Assembly (NCBI GenBank): GCA_027487075.1
Contig: JAIYEG010000002.1
Coordinates: 1,244-65,243 of the forward strand
Source: a bacterium
Lineage (GTDB): Bacteria; Patescibacteriota; Minisyncoccia; Phycocordibacterales; CALRBL01
DNA length: 64,000 nt
Reading direction: 5' to 3'
Under the pieces are notes generated by a model. The model saw only the letters and a list, made by a program, of their open reading frames with translations. It was not told the DNA's origin and made no database searches. The number at the start of each line of letters is the position of its first letter. The stretch's first letter is position 1. Below are positions 47,951 through 58,147 of this stretch, one piece after another. A program made the translations under genes and the position numbers.

Positions 47951-50587
47951 ATGAAAAAATCTCCTGAAAACAAGTCGCACGATGAACACAATGGGTCTAT
48001 TGTGGTAAAAGGAGCTCGAACCCACAATCTCAAGGATATTACGGTTGAGATGCCACGCAACAAGATGATCGTGATCACGGGTCTTTCTGGTTCCGGAAAA
48101 TCATCGCTTGCTTTCGACACGATCTTCGCTGAAGGACAGCGACGCTACGTCGAGTCTCTTTCATCATATGCTCGACAATTCCTTCGCCAGATGCAGAAAC
48201 CAGACGTCGATGAGATCACCGGCCTTTCTCCTGCTATCTCAATCGATCAGAAATCTCGCTCGAACAACCCGCGTTCGACGGTGGCGACCATCACCGAAAT
48301 CTACGACTATCTCCGTATTTTGTTTGCGCGTGTGGGTAAGCCACATTGTTTGGTGTGCGGCCGCGAAATCAAAAAACTCTCGAAGGAGGAAATTCTTGAG
48401 AGTATTATCAAAACAGTGAACGCAATCGACACCTCGAAGAAAAAGGTGATGGGTGTCGAACTCACTGATGCGACGTTCTCAGTGTACGCGCCAGTGGTGG
48501 TAGGACGAAAAGGTGAATACTACCAGCTTCTCTACGATCTGCTTGGTAAAGGATATGAAGAAGTGCGTATTGATGGCAAACCTCACAAACTTCGTGAGCA
48601 AATCGTACTTACCAAAACTCATAAACATGATATCGACGTGCTTGTTGATCGATTCTACGTGTCTGAGCTCGCCACAAAAGATAAAAAGCAAAAGGAGAGC
48701 TTCGATGAACGTTTGAATGAAGCAATTGAAAAAGCGCTCGATCAAGCTGAGGGATTGCTTCGTATTGTTGCTGATGGAGTGGAGGGAAGTGATCACCTCA
48801 TTTCTTCGAAGTTTATGTGTCCGTTTGATGGATTTTCATATCCTGAAATCGAGCCGCGTTTGTTCTCATTCAACTCACCATACGGTGCGTGTCCTGAATG
48901 TAATGGTCTTGGTACACGTGGATTTTTTGTGAATGAGGCATGCCCCGTATGTCACGGTGCACGTCTTCGACCCGAAGCCCTCCATGTGTTCTTGATGAGT
49001 GGTGATGGATCTGAAGCAGGGCATAAAGTAAATATTATTGAATTGGTGGACCGTTCAATCAAAGATGCGATTGGTTTCTTCAAGTCACTCAAACTTTCAC
49101 CAAAAGATAAAGAAATTTCTAAAGTGGTGATAAAGGAAATTCAGAACCGTCTCACCTTCATGAATGATGTAGGTATTGAATATCTTTCATTGTCGCGTAA
49201 AGCAAACACGCTTTCAGGAGGAGAGGCGCAGCGTATTCGTCTTGCATCACAACTTGGTTCGGGGCTCGTAGGTGCACTCTACGTGCTCGACGAACCCACA
49301 ATCGGCCTTCATCAGCGCGACAACGATCGCCTCATCAAGACACTTCTTAGCTTGCGTGATGCAGGGAATACGATCGTAGTGGTAGAGCACGATGAAGATA
49401 CGATCTACGCCGCAGACTATATTGTCGACATTGGTCCAGGGGCAGGTGTACACGGTGGAGACGTGGTGGTGTCAGGATGGCTTGAAGATCTGCTCACCAC
49501 AAAGAAGAATGATTCAGGTTCGCTCACGCTCGGCTATCTTCGCAAAGAGAATGAAGTTCCCGTACCTGAAAAGCGACGTGATCACGATGCGGGTAAGATC
49601 ATGATTCGTGGGGGAAATATTTTTAATATCAAAAACCTCAGCGTTGATATTCCGCTTGGTCGCCTCATCACGGTCACTGGTGTGTCGGGATCAGGCAAGT
49701 CATCATTCGTGTACGAACTCCTCTACAAAAATCTTCAAGCACGACTCGAAAAGCGCAAGCGCACCGCACAGCTCTTCAATGTGGGAAGCTTCAGTGGTAC
49801 CGAGTATGTTGGTCGCTCAATTCTCATCGATCAATCTGCGATCGGGCGTACGCCTCGCTCAAACCCGGTGACCTACACTGGAGCCTTCAGTCATATTCGT
49901 GATATGTTTGCCACTACCTCAGAAGCAAAAGCACGAGGGTGGTCTGCGAGTCGCTTCTCATTCAACGTAAAAGGTGGGCGATGTGAGACCTGCCAAGGAA
50001 ACGGCATGATCGAAGTGGAAATGCACTTCTTGCCGACGGTGTTTGTGACGTGCGATGTTTGCAACGGCAAGCGCTTCATGAAAGAAACACTCGAAGTGAA
50101 ATACAAAAAGAAGAGTATTTACGATGTGCTCGAGATGACTGTTGAAGAAGGTCTCGCATTCTTTGAGGACATTCCGTCTATTTATGATCGCTTAAAGACG
50201 CTTGATGAGGTGGGTCTCGGATATCTCAAGCTCGGTCAGTCTGCAACCACACTCTCTGGTGGAGAAGCGCAGCGTGTGAAAATTGCTTCAGAGCTTTATC
50301 GTCCACATGTGCAGAAGACGATCTACATTCTCGATGAACCAACCATCGGACTTCACTACGAAGACGTACGCAAGCTCATCGAAATTCTTCAGAAGTTGGT
50401 GAACAAGGGGAACACCGTGCTTGTGATTGAGCACAACATGGATCTCATCAAATGTTCAGACTACATCATCGATATTGGTCCTGAAGGAGGAATTGGTGGA
50501 GGACAGATTGTGGCGAAGGGAACTCCTGAGGAGGTGGCGAATAGTCCGAAGAGCTTTACGGGGAAGTATCTTAAAAAAATTTTGTAA
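47951..50587 (+). CDS. uvrA: Excinuclease ABC subunit A
   Basis: Two ABC modules GLSGSGKS / [16 protein letters not shown] twice, zinc-finger Cys pairs. Confidence 0.97.
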   Translation: MKKSPENKSHDEHNGSIVVKGARTHNLKDITVEMPRNKMIVITGLSGSGKSSLAFDTIFAEGQRRYVESLSSYARQFLRQMQKPDVDEITGLSPAISIDQKSRSNNPRSTVATITEIYDYLRILFARVGKPHCLVCGREIKKLSKEEILESIIKTVNAIDTSKKKVMGVELTDATFSVYAPVVVGRKGEYYQLLYDLLGKGYEEVRIDGKPHKLREQIVLTKTHKHDIDVLVDRFYVSELATKDKKQKESFDERLNEAIEKALDQAEGLLRIVADGVEGSDHLISSKFMCPFDGFSYPEIEPRLFSFNSPYGACPECNGLGTRGFFVNEACPVCHGARLRPEALHVFLMSGDGSEAGHKVNIIELVDRSIKDAIGFFKSLKLSPKDKEISKVVIKEIQNRLTFMNDVGIEYLSLSRKANTLSGGEAQRIRLASQLGSGLVGALYVLDEPTIGLHQRDNDRLIKTLLSLRDAGNTIVVVEHDEDTIYAADYIVDIGPGAGVHGGDVVVSGWLEDLLTTKKNDSGSLTLGYLRKENEVPVPEKRRDHDAGKIMIRGGNIFNIKNLSVDIPLGRLITVTGVSGSGKSSFVYELLYKNLQARLEKRKRTAQLFNVGSFSGTEYVGRSILIDQSAIGRTPRSNPVTYTGAFSHIRDMFATTSEAKARGWSASRFSFNVKGGRCETCQGNGMIEVEMHFLPTVFVTCDVCNGKRFMKETLEVKYKKKSIYDVLEMTVEEGLAFFEDIPSIYDRLKTLDEVGLGYLKLGQSATTLSGGEAQRVKIASELYRPHVQKTIYILDEPTIGLHYEDVRKLIEILQKLVNKGNTVLVIEHNMDLIKCSDYIIDIGPEGGIGGGQIVAKGTPEEVANSPKSFTGKYLKKIL

Positions 50588-50599
50588 ATAATATCTCTC

Positions 50600-50672
50600 T
50601 TCAGAAGCACGGATATTTTCTTGCTAGAAAATTCCTCGTGCTCGCTCCGTCGAGCCTCGCAAGGCTTCTTCC
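50600..50672. repeat. Dispersed MITE/REP-like element, copy 2 (core only)
   Basis: GATATTTTCTTGCTAGAAAATTC...TGCTCGCTCCGTCG...CGCAA matches the reverse complement of 18561-18633. Confidence 0.6.
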
Positions 50673-50776
50673 GAGAAATATTATGTACAAAATTTTCTTT
50701 CGCTTTTCTCCTTATCACACAAAAGTCGCCCCGGGGTTTCCAGGGCGACGTAGTTTTGGGTCGGTGATCTTGCCGA

Positions 50777-51595
50777 CTAGACGATAACAGCGGGGACTTG
50801 GCGAGCCCGTTCAAGAAGCTCGTCGTTGGTGTAGCGTTTGCGCTGGATCTTCCTCCACTTTCCATCACCGGACAGATCAAGTTGCCAAGGGCAGATTGAC
50901 CGCATCCAATTCAGGTGTGGGTGTGGCGCCGTCGTTCCACTGGTGTGCGGATCGGTGCGAGTGTAGTGAATCACTTGGCAGTTGTGAATTCGGTGATACG
51001 GCTTTTTGGAGCCGTCGAGCTTGCGGAATTTTTCTTGGGACATCCGCTCGAGTCTGACGCGAAACGCCCACATCACTTCGCCGTGACAGACGATAATGAC
51101 GTTCTTTCCTTCGCATTCGCGATGGAGGGTGTCGATCACGCGGTCGATTCGCAAGCAGAGGTCCGCAAGAGAAGTTCCGTTCGGAGGCACCCAGTAAAAT
51201 GGGTCTACCTTGCGTTCCTTCATTGCCACCGCGAACTTTTGTTCACGCTCCTCTACGGAAACGCGATCGAGAGCACCCCAATCACGCTCGCGCAGATAAA
51301 AGTCTTCATACCACTGCGCATCCGGAAGAGCAAGGAGACCTGCGGTTTCCATCGCGCGAATGTAGGCAGAGGTGTAATGACGATCAAACCGCAGACCGAG
51401 GTTGGCAGTGATCCACCTTCCTGTTTCTGTTGCTTGGGCGACTCCCTTTGCAGAGAGACGCCAGAGTGAACTGTGGCGGCTGGTGAATTTCGGATCGTTG
51501 AACGCGCTGTGGTCGCCCTTCTTGGAGCGATCGACAGCAACGTTACCTTCTGATTCGCCGTGGCGTACCAGAACAAGGTTGAGAGGCATTGACAT
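50777..51595 (-). CDS. Histidine phosphatase (phosphoglycerate mutase-like) family
   Basis: LVRHGESEGN, RAMETA, LRERDWG, VCHG. Confidence 0.9.
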   Translation of the reverse strand: MSMPLNLVLVRHGESEGNVAVDRSKKGDHSAFNDPKFTSRHSSLWRLSAKGVAQATETGRWITANLGLRFDRHYTSAYIRAMETAGLLALPDAQWYEDFYLRERDWGALDRVSVEEREQKFAVAMKERKVDPFYWVPPNGTSLADLCLRIDRVIDTLHRECEGKNVIIVCHGEVMWAFRVRLERMSQEKFRKLDGSKKPYHRIHNCQVIHYTRTDPHTSGTTAPHPHLNWMRSICPWQLDLSGDGKWRKIQRKRYTNDELLERARQVPAVIV

Positions 51596-51691
51596 TGTGT
51601 AAGGTTCTTCCTATTGTTAGTTGTTCATTTTCACCATACATAAGATATTTAATTTTGTCAAAAAAAGCGGCGACCCGAGGTGGGTCGCCGC

Positions 51692-52123
51692 TCATGGATT
51701 GGGTTTGAATCGTTCTTGTTGGTTCGGGGGAGTAGCGTGGAGTGTTCCACAGCTTGCACACTTCCATCGGTGAGCATGGGTCATGGGTGTGATAATGAGT
51801 GTGGTCACGGCACACCTACAAATGTACACTCTGAGCGCTGGTCTCGCTGGTCCGTGTGGCATCAACCCCTGTTGCCTGCGAAATGCTCTGTCATCCGCAA
51901 GTTCTTGAAGTTTCTGCAGTAGACGTTCCCATAGAGAGTGTAGTCCACAGGAAACCAAGGTAGCCATGAGGGTTACAGCGGATAACCCGATCCAAAATGC
52001 GCTGTGTGATGTGAAGCCGTAGTCTTCCAAGAGCCTCGTAAGGTCTTCAGTGAAAGCGCAGATCCGCAATGCCACACAAAGAACGATACCAAACGCAATC
52101 CAATCAGCTTTTTGTTTGAACAT
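51692..52123 (-). CDS. Hypothetical membrane protein with C-terminal Cys motifs
   Basis: SD AGAAAGGA; two TM; CRC...CASC. Confidence 0.5.
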   Translation of the reverse strand: MFKQKADWIAFGIVLCVALRICAFTEDLTRLLEDYGFTSHSAFWIGLSAVTLMATLVSCGLHSLWERLLQKLQELADDRAFRRQQGLMPHGPARPALRVYICRCAVTTLIITPMTHAHRWKCASCGTLHATPPNQQERFKPNP

Positions 52124-52181
52124 GATGTCCTTTCTGGTTGGTTGAGTTTTTTGCATATAAAAGTATAATCATTTTGCATAT

Positions 52182-53405
52182 ATGTCAATCGATATCTCTG
52201 CTATTAAGGAACTGCCTGATTCGCCTGGAGTATATTTCTTCAAGCGAGGCAAGGAGATCCTCTATATAGGAAAGGCAACGTCACTGCGCGATCGTGTGCG
52301 AAGTTATTTTGCTAAGAATCTGTTTAAGACCAGAAGCGAGCTTATTGCCGACATGGTAGTGCTTGCGGATACTATCGACTATCAGCAAACAGACTCAGTA
52401 CTCGAGGCTCTTATCCTCGAAGCTGAACTCATTCGCAAATATCGCCCGTATCACAACACCAAAGAGAAAGATGATAAGAGCTTCATGTTTGCGGTTATCA
52501 CTGAAGAAGAATTTCCTATGGTGATCATGGAGCGTGGTCGTGATCTTGAAGATCGCAAGATTCGTGGGGAGGTAAAGACCCGACATCAGTTCGGACCATT
52601 CATGAGTGGGCCTTCACTACGTGAGGGTCTTAAGATTATTCGACGCATCTTTCCGTATCGCGATGAGAAGTGTAAAGCAGGATCAGGTATGCCGTGCTTC
52701 AACTATCAAATCGGCTTGTGTCCTGGAACATGTGTCGGCACGGTAAGTAAGACAGAGTATGCAAGAACGATGCGTAATATCACTCTGTTTTTTCAGGGTA
52801 AGAAGGGAGCGCTTCTCACCAAGCTTCGTGCTGAGATGAAGGCATATGCTAAGCAGCAGGAGTTCGAAAAAGCCGACAAGATCAAGCGACAAATCTTCGC
52901 ACTCGAACATATTCGTGATGTGTCGCTCATCAAGCGCGAGAACATTCAAGAAAAGGGAACAGAGGAAGCTGGTGCGTTTCGTATCGAAGCGTATGACATC
53001 GCACACATGCAAGGAGCAAGTATGACAGGAGTGATGGTAGTGATCGAAGATGGTATCGCAAAGAAAAGTGACTATCGTATGTTCAAGGTTCGTCGTAAGG
53101 GGATCAACGATGTGGCGAGTCTGAAAGAAGTGCTCATGCGTCGGGTGAAGCATGAGGAGTGGCGCATGCCGGATCTTATCGTTACCGACGGAGGAATGCC
53201 ACAATATAAGGTAGCGAAAGAACTATTTCCGAATACTCCTGTTATCGGAGTCGTCAAAAATATCAAACACCAACCCGAACGTCTTATCGGTGACGAAGAG
53301 CTTATTAAAAGGCATCAGACTGCGGTACTTCTTGCCAACGCCGAAGCCCACCGATTCACGCTCAAATACCATCGGAAGCTCCGGAGCAAGGATCTACTGG
53401 GGTAG
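52182..53405 (+). CDS. uvrC: Excinuclease ABC subunit C (short form)
   Basis: GIY-YIG (PGVY...LYIGKA), UVR domain, RIEAYDIAH, DLIVTDGG, EAHRF; no C-terminal HhH. Confidence 0.88.
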   Translation: MSIDISAIKELPDSPGVYFFKRGKEILYIGKATSLRDRVRSYFAKNLFKTRSELIADMVVLADTIDYQQTDSVLEALILEAELIRKYRPYHNTKEKDDKSFMFAVITEEEFPMVIMERGRDLEDRKIRGEVKTRHQFGPFMSGPSLREGLKIIRRIFPYRDEKCKAGSGMPCFNYQIGLCPGTCVGTVSKTEYARTMRNITLFFQGKKGALLTKLRAEMKAYAKQQEFEKADKIKRQIFALEHIRDVSLIKRENIQEKGTEEAGAFRIEAYDIAHMQGASMTGVMVVIEDGIAKKSDYRMFKVRRKGINDVASLKEVLMRRVKHEEWRMPDLIVTDGGMPQYKVAKELFPNTPVIGVVKNIKHQPERLIGDEELIKRHQTAVLLANAEAHRFTLKYHRKLRSKDLLG

Positions 53406-53981
53406 GATCATGATGCGAGTTTTTGGATTTGCTGCAGTACCTTCACTCCAATTTAAGCTCGCCCAACATGCTGGCTGTGCATATGTAGAATCGGGCTTTA
53501 CGTCGGTAGTTTCCTTCCAAGCGAGTATTGCATACTTTCCAGTTGGTGATCCGCATTCAGTATTCGGAGTAGTACTATTTCCGCCTGTTTGAATATTGAC
53601 GTAACGATATACACACTCGTTACCCATATTCCTTTCGTAAGGCATTTTTGAAATATATCCTCCTGTTTCAAGTACTTCAAGCCAATTGAAACCACCATTT
53701 ATATTTCCGGATTGCCACCCATTCCAACAATTCAATCCATAACCTTCACCGCTTGGTATGCTTGGCAAGCCTTCTGCGTCCAAATGGGGATACATGCCAT
53801 CATGGTCATTTGCATAAAGCAAAAGTGCGTTTTTAACAGCTTGCATGTCTGATTGACGCTTAGCATCAAGGGCTTTGTTGCGTGCGCTATTGAGTGACGC
53901 CATGACAACAGATGAAAGAAGGCCGATGATGGCAATCACGACCAATAATTCAATGAGGGTAAAGCCTCTCTGTAGCTTCAT
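53394..53981 (-). CDS. Type IV pilin / pseudopilin
   Basis: Prepilin cleavage motif RG-FTLIELLVVIAIIG. Confidence 0.9.
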   Translation of the reverse strand: MKLQRGFTLIELLVVIAIIGLLSSVVMASLNSARNKALDAKRQSDMQAVKNALLLYANDHDGMYPHLDAEGLPSIPSGEGYGLNCWNGWQSGNINGGFNWLEVLETGGYISKMPYERNMGNECVYRYVNIQTGGNSTTPNTECGSPTGKYAILAWKETTDVKPDSTYAQPACWASLNWSEGTAANPKTRIMILPQ

Positions 53982-54064
53982 TGCTACAAGTGTGACATTT
54001 TGCAATTTTAATAGCAATAGGTATACTAGTGCTTGTCTGTTTTATGCGGCTTAGGTCGTAAAAT

Positions 54065-54137
54065 GGGCCCCTAGCTCATCTGGTAGAGCGCCTCATTTGC
54101 ACTGAGGAGGTGAGCGGTTCGAGTCCGCTGGGGTCCA
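54065..54137 (+). tRNA. tRNA-Ala(TGC), CCA not encoded
   Basis: Cloverleaf GGGCCCC/GGGGTCC with G3:U70, anticodon arm CCTCA-TTTGCAC-TGAGG, T-loop GGTTCGAGTCC. Confidence 0.96.
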
Positions 54138-54139
54138 CA

Positions 54140-54179
54140 AAATGAAAAAGACTTGGCTTCGGCCAGGTCTTTTTCATTT
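54140..54179 (+). terminator. Terminator after tRNA-Ala
   Basis: AAATGAAAAAGACTTGGC-TTCG-GCCAGGTCTTTTTCATTT. Confidence 0.8.
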
Positions 54180-54193
54180 CTGGAGGGGAGCAC

Positions 54194-54313
54194 AGTGGAC
54201 GAGAAAGCCGGACTGAGTTCTGGTGTGAGTCTAGCGAACCAGAACGAGGGAGGCGGGGTCGCGGAAATTTTGAGAAGCAAAATTATCAGTGACCGAGTCC
54301 TGTCGGGTCCACT
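54194..54313. repeat. Structured element ending in a degenerate copy of the tRNA 3' end
   Basis: AGTGGAC/GTCCACT closing stem, internal stems; GAGTCCTGTCGGGTCCAC versus tRNA GAGTCCGCTGGGGTCCAC. Confidence 0.5.
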
Positions 54314-54403
54314 AGAGTATTGACATATTATCTATTACGTGATAATATGATTATTAGGTTACAACCACACACCGAAACTCCTTCAACCCAGAAAAACTGA
54401 CTC

Positions 54404-54766
54404 ATGGACATCAAAGCACTTAAACAAATCATCGCAGCCCAGAAGCCTGTTAACGAAGCTTTCAAGAGCATCGGCCAGCAGATTGTCGAAAGCGGACGGC
54501 CCTACAACGAACTCAGCAATGACGAAATCGAGGCCGCACTCCGCTACATCATCGAAACCTCCGAGACCGAGGACGAAATCAAACTTCGCTTCAAAGAAGA
54601 GTTCCACTATCCCTACACCCCTTCTATCCACTCGCTCACGGCCCTTACGGCTGCAGCGGGAGAAGCGAAGACGCTCTGTCAGGCGATGGGCGGGCTCACG
54701 ATGAAAAACGGCACCCTCGTTCAACTCATGATCTGGAGCCCTCGCGGTAAAATGATCATGATGTAA
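54404..54766 (+). CDS. Hypothetical protein (ORFan)
   Basis: 120 aa; TTGACA promoter at 54320; hairpin at about 54800-54826. Confidence 0.65.
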   Translation: MDIKALKQIIAAQKPVNEAFKSIGQQIVESGRPYNELSNDEIEAALRYIIETSETEDEIKLRFKEEFHYPYTPSIHSLTALTAAAGEAKTLCQAMGGLTMKNGTLVQLMIWSPRGKMIMM

Positions 54767-54876
54767 GTTCGAAAATCGAACCCACCATCAAAGCACGGAA
54801 ACCCACCGTCGCATGATGGTGGGTTTTCTTTTTATATAAATTCGTGATAGTTTTTTCGTAAGAAAGGAATAGTTCT

Positions 54877-55788
54877 ATGAAATTTATCATGCAGGAAGAT
54901 GTGCGACGCTGGTACCATCTGTTTTGGGATCTCGAGAAAGGTGGGTTATTTCTCAGGATTCATCGCGAGTACATCGCAAGTATGCCCCACAAAGATTTCA
55001 GTGTGTACTTCGAGGGTAAGGAAGAAGAGCTATCTCTTTTGCCTTTGTTTGATCGGTACGAGCCAATAGTGGGAAGTCAGACGTTCGGAATCAATGATTC
55101 GCTGATCTTGGTGGGGAGCGATGCAGACTGGCTTACGTATCAGATTCGCATACCGCACATGGTTTTGCGAACAGGCATGTCCTGTCCCGATTGTGACGGG
55201 ACGGGAAAAAGACTGTGGCTTGGTGAGGTGGGCGAAGATATCTGCGACGCTTGTGGTGGTACGAAGAGCGAACGCTACTACTGCTATCATGAAGTGAAGC
55301 ACGTCTGCTACTCTCTGCAGGTGCTACTTGGAGCGATTGCGTATCCGCACGATCATGATATGCCGACAACATCGCAGCAGGTGCTCTCGATCACATCCTG
55401 TTCTGTTCCGGGTGGACACGGTCACTCGGTTGGTGGATATGCCAGCCCCTCCTTGGTGAAGTTTTGGAGGCGCCTATCTCCTGATGAACGTAGTACTATG
55501 CGTGTGGACGATGCTGAACGAGCGATGTATGAGGCGCATCGACAACTTCATGGAGAAGTAAAGTCGTACTACGATCATGGCTTCAATGCGTTTGTGTCCA
55601 ATGGCCAGCTATTGCTCAGGTGTCCAGAGAATGCGTGTGAAATTCACTCCGACCACCTCGGGGAGTCAGACAGAGGAAGAGGTACGAACATTACGTGCCA
55701 CAACCTTGACTCTGGTGTGCAGCAATTGACGCTTCTTGCTGGTTTGGGAGTGATTGCGAGTTTGTATGATAACCACGTCGAGTCCTGA
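54877..55788 (+). CDS. Hypothetical protein with DnaJ-like CxxCxGxG zinc motif
   Basis: CPDCDGTG and CDACGGT; SD GAAAGGA. Confidence 0.6.
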   Translation: MKFIMQEDVRRWYHLFWDLEKGGLFLRIHREYIASMPHKDFSVYFEGKEEELSLLPLFDRYEPIVGSQTFGINDSLILVGSDADWLTYQIRIPHMVLRTGMSCPDCDGTGKRLWLGEVGEDICDACGGTKSERYYCYHEVKHVCYSLQVLLGAIAYPHDHDMPTTSQQVLSITSCSVPGGHGHSVGGYASPSLVKFWRRLSPDERSTMRVDDAERAMYEAHRQLHGEVKSYYDHGFNAFVSNGQLLLRCPENACEIHSDHLGESDRGRGTNITCHNLDSGVQQLTLLAGLGVIASLYDNHVES

Positions 55789-55826
55789 AAACAGAGCGGC
55801 GACCCACCACGGGTCGCCGCTTTTCT

Positions 55827-56651
55827 TTATTTCAAATATTGTTCAATACCTTTCTTATGCTCATCGTATGTTTTTGAACAGTGAATTTTGCGGTTTTTGT
55901 CGTGGAAATAGAAGAGGCATGAAGTCTTTTCAGGATTATATGCTGCGTTGATCGCCGCAAGGCTCGGGCTTGCGATGGGTGTTGGTGGTAGACCAATCGT
56001 CTTATACGTATTATAGGGCGAAGCGATATTCTTATCCGATGAAAGTACCTGTGGCCACCACTTATTTTCTGCGGAACCCTTTGCGTATTGGAGTGTTGCA
56101 TCAATATCAAGACTCATACCACTCCATATACGATTCCAAATAATGCCGGAGATGAGATTCATGTCATGTTTACCCGCAGCCTCTCGTTGAATCAATGACG
56201 CAACCTTAAGAGCAGTGTCGATGTTTACCTTATTCTTGCTGAGAATTGAGCTTGGTGACGGTTTTGCCGTGACAACTTTTTTATTAAAGGTCTCGATCAT
56301 CTTATTGCGCACCTCTTCTCCGCTTGCATCAAGAGGGAGGACATAGGTGGTGGGGAAGTAGTAACCCTCAAGATCAGTTTTGGTACCGCTTGATTCGTTG
56401 AGGAAATCTCGAACATCTTGGTCATTCCAGGCAAGTACTTTTGAATAGATAGAAGCAACTTCTTCCTTGCGGAGGCCAGGGGGGATGTGGACATATCGAA
56501 TGTATGGATTACCGAGATTTTGATACATCGAAAAGATGTCAAAATTGTCAAAGATATATGAAAAACGCTCAGATCGGGAAGCATAGAAAAAAGCACCTCC
56601 GACTACTAGAAATAAGGCAAAAAGTGCTATAATAACGCGAACCCCTTTCAT
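55827..56651 (-). CDS. mltG: Endolytic transglycosylase
   Basis: N-terminal TM, LEGYYFPTTY, ASLIQRE, SPYNTY..GLPPTPI. Confidence 0.88.
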   Translation of the reverse strand: MKGVRVIIALFALFLVVGGAFFYASRSERFSYIFDNFDIFSMYQNLGNPYIRYVHIPPGLRKEEVASIYSKVLAWNDQDVRDFLNESSGTKTDLEGYYFPTTYVLPLDASGEEVRNKMIETFNKKVVTAKPSPSSILSKNKVNIDTALKVASLIQREAAGKHDMNLISGIIWNRIWSGMSLDIDATLQYAKGSAENKWWPQVLSSDKNIASPYNTYKTIGLPPTPIASPSLAAINAAYNPEKTSCLFYFHDKNRKIHCSKTYDEHKKGIEQYLK

Positions 56652-56720
56652 AATGCTCAAAGTATAGCATATATGGTAGCTAAAGGGTGTAATAAACCGT
56701 CCAACACTGCGTCTTAAATT

Positions 56721-57227
56721 ATGACAAGCGAAAAAGCACAAAAAGCTGAATTTCTCACCCTTTATGAGAAGCACGCCGATGAACTTTTTCGGTATTGTTA
56801 CTTCAAGACGAGTAATAGGGAGCAATCACTCGAAATTGTCCAGGAAGTATTTATGAAGGCCTGGATTACCATTACCAAAGAAACGGTCATGGAAAACCCT
56901 CGAGCCTTCCTCTATGCGGCCACCCGAAATGCTATCACCGACTGGTATCGCAAGAAAAAGGTGGTATCCCTCGATGATCTTCATGATGTGGGCTTCGATG
57001 CCCCTGTCGAGCACTCGGGTCATCACACAGATCGTGTCGAGGTAGAGCGTATTCTCGAAAAGACCTCAAAACTTGAAGAAAAATATCGCGAAGTTATTAT
57101 TTTGCGCTTCGTGAACGATCTCTCGGTTACCGAGATAGCGGAGCTCCTCAAAGAGACCGAAAACAATATTTCTGTACGTCTCCATCGAGCACTCGAAAAA
57201 CTTCGAAAATTGTATATAAAAAAATGA
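56721..57227 (+). CDS. ECF RNA polymerase sigma factor
   Basis: Region 2 (QEVFMKAW, FLY..TRN.ITDWYR) and region 4 (LSVTEIAELL...RLHRA). Confidence 0.92.
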   Translation: MTSEKAQKAEFLTLYEKHADELFRYCYFKTSNREQSLEIVQEVFMKAWITITKETVMENPRAFLYAATRNAITDWYRKKKVVSLDDLHDVGFDAPVEHSGHHTDRVEVERILEKTSKLEEKYREVIILRFVNDLSVTEIAELLKETENNISVRLHRALEKLRKLYIKK

Positions 57228-58147
57228 AAACAACCTGGATCAAAAAATTCTCAAAGACTGCTCGCGAAGTGAAACTCACTGCGCGTGATAAGCGTGCCAT
57301 GTTGAATGCAATTCTCGGACCAAAAAACATCCCTTCACCATATGGCTTTTTCCTCACGGTTATGGAGTACCGCACGCGTATTGCGGTGGCGGCATTCACT
57401 TTCATGCTCATTATCACGAGTGGTGGTACGTCGTATGCAGCATCGGCAGCACTTCCTGGAGATGCACTTTATCCTATTAAGACCAACATCAACGAAGGGC
57501 TTCAGACTCTTGTCGCGGTGACACCTGATGCAAAAGTAAAAGTAGAAGTGCAACATACCAAAAATCGTCTCGCTGAAGCAGAGATACTTTCAAAAAAAGG
57601 AAAGCTCACCGAAGAAACTCAGGCTATTATTGAAACTAAAATCACCGAGCATACCGAATCTATCAAGGCGGGCATTGCAGAGCTTACGTCTGAGCAGGCT
57701 ACGACGACCGTAAAAGAAGTAATTGCTGACCTCAAGAGTACGCTTGATGAGCACGCTGCGGTACTTTCTGATCTTGCCTCATCGTCATCATCCGCCACAA
57801 CAACTGTCGAAGCAAGCTCTACGCTGGCTGTGGAGGCACGTATAGCAACTATGGCAGCTCCTGTTGAACAAACTGAACAAGATAAGCATATCGATGCTCT
57901 TATTACTAAGGTAAATGAAGTTAAGAGTACGATTGAAGATATTGAAAAAGCTATTGACGACTCCGCTCAGGCTCAAGCTCAGGCACAAGTAACTGCAACC
58001 AGCACAGCTGAAGTGGATAATGTTATAATCAACACATGGACATCATCATCTTCGGAATCTCAGGTAATCTCGCCGAACGCAAGCTCATCCCAGCCCTCAT
58101 CGACCTCTACGGTAGAGGTAGGCTCCCCAAAAATACAAGGCTTATAG
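57224..58147 (+). CDS. Putative anti-sigma factor (DUF5667-like)
   Basis: ATGA-coupled to sigma; TM followed by ALPGDALYPIK...E motif. Confidence 0.7.
   Translation: MKTTWIKKFSKTAREVKLTARDKRAMLNAILGPKNIPSPYGFFLTVMEYRTRIAVAAFTFMLIITSGGTSYAASAALPGDALYPIKTNINEGLQTLVAVTPDAKVKVEVQHTKNRLAEAEILSKKGKLTEETQAIIETKITEHTESIKAGIAELTSEQATTTVKEVIADLKSTLDEHAAVLSDLASSSSSATTTVEASSTLAVEARIATMAAPVEQTEQDKHIDALITKVNEVKSTIEDIEKAIDDSAQAQAQAQVTATSTAEVDNVIINTWTSSSSESQVISPNASSSQPSSTSTVEVGSPKIQGL

Noticed and set aside
54140..55800. Prophage or integrative element at tRNA-Ala
   Set aside because: No integrase or phage genes; only a short degenerate repeat and two ORFans.
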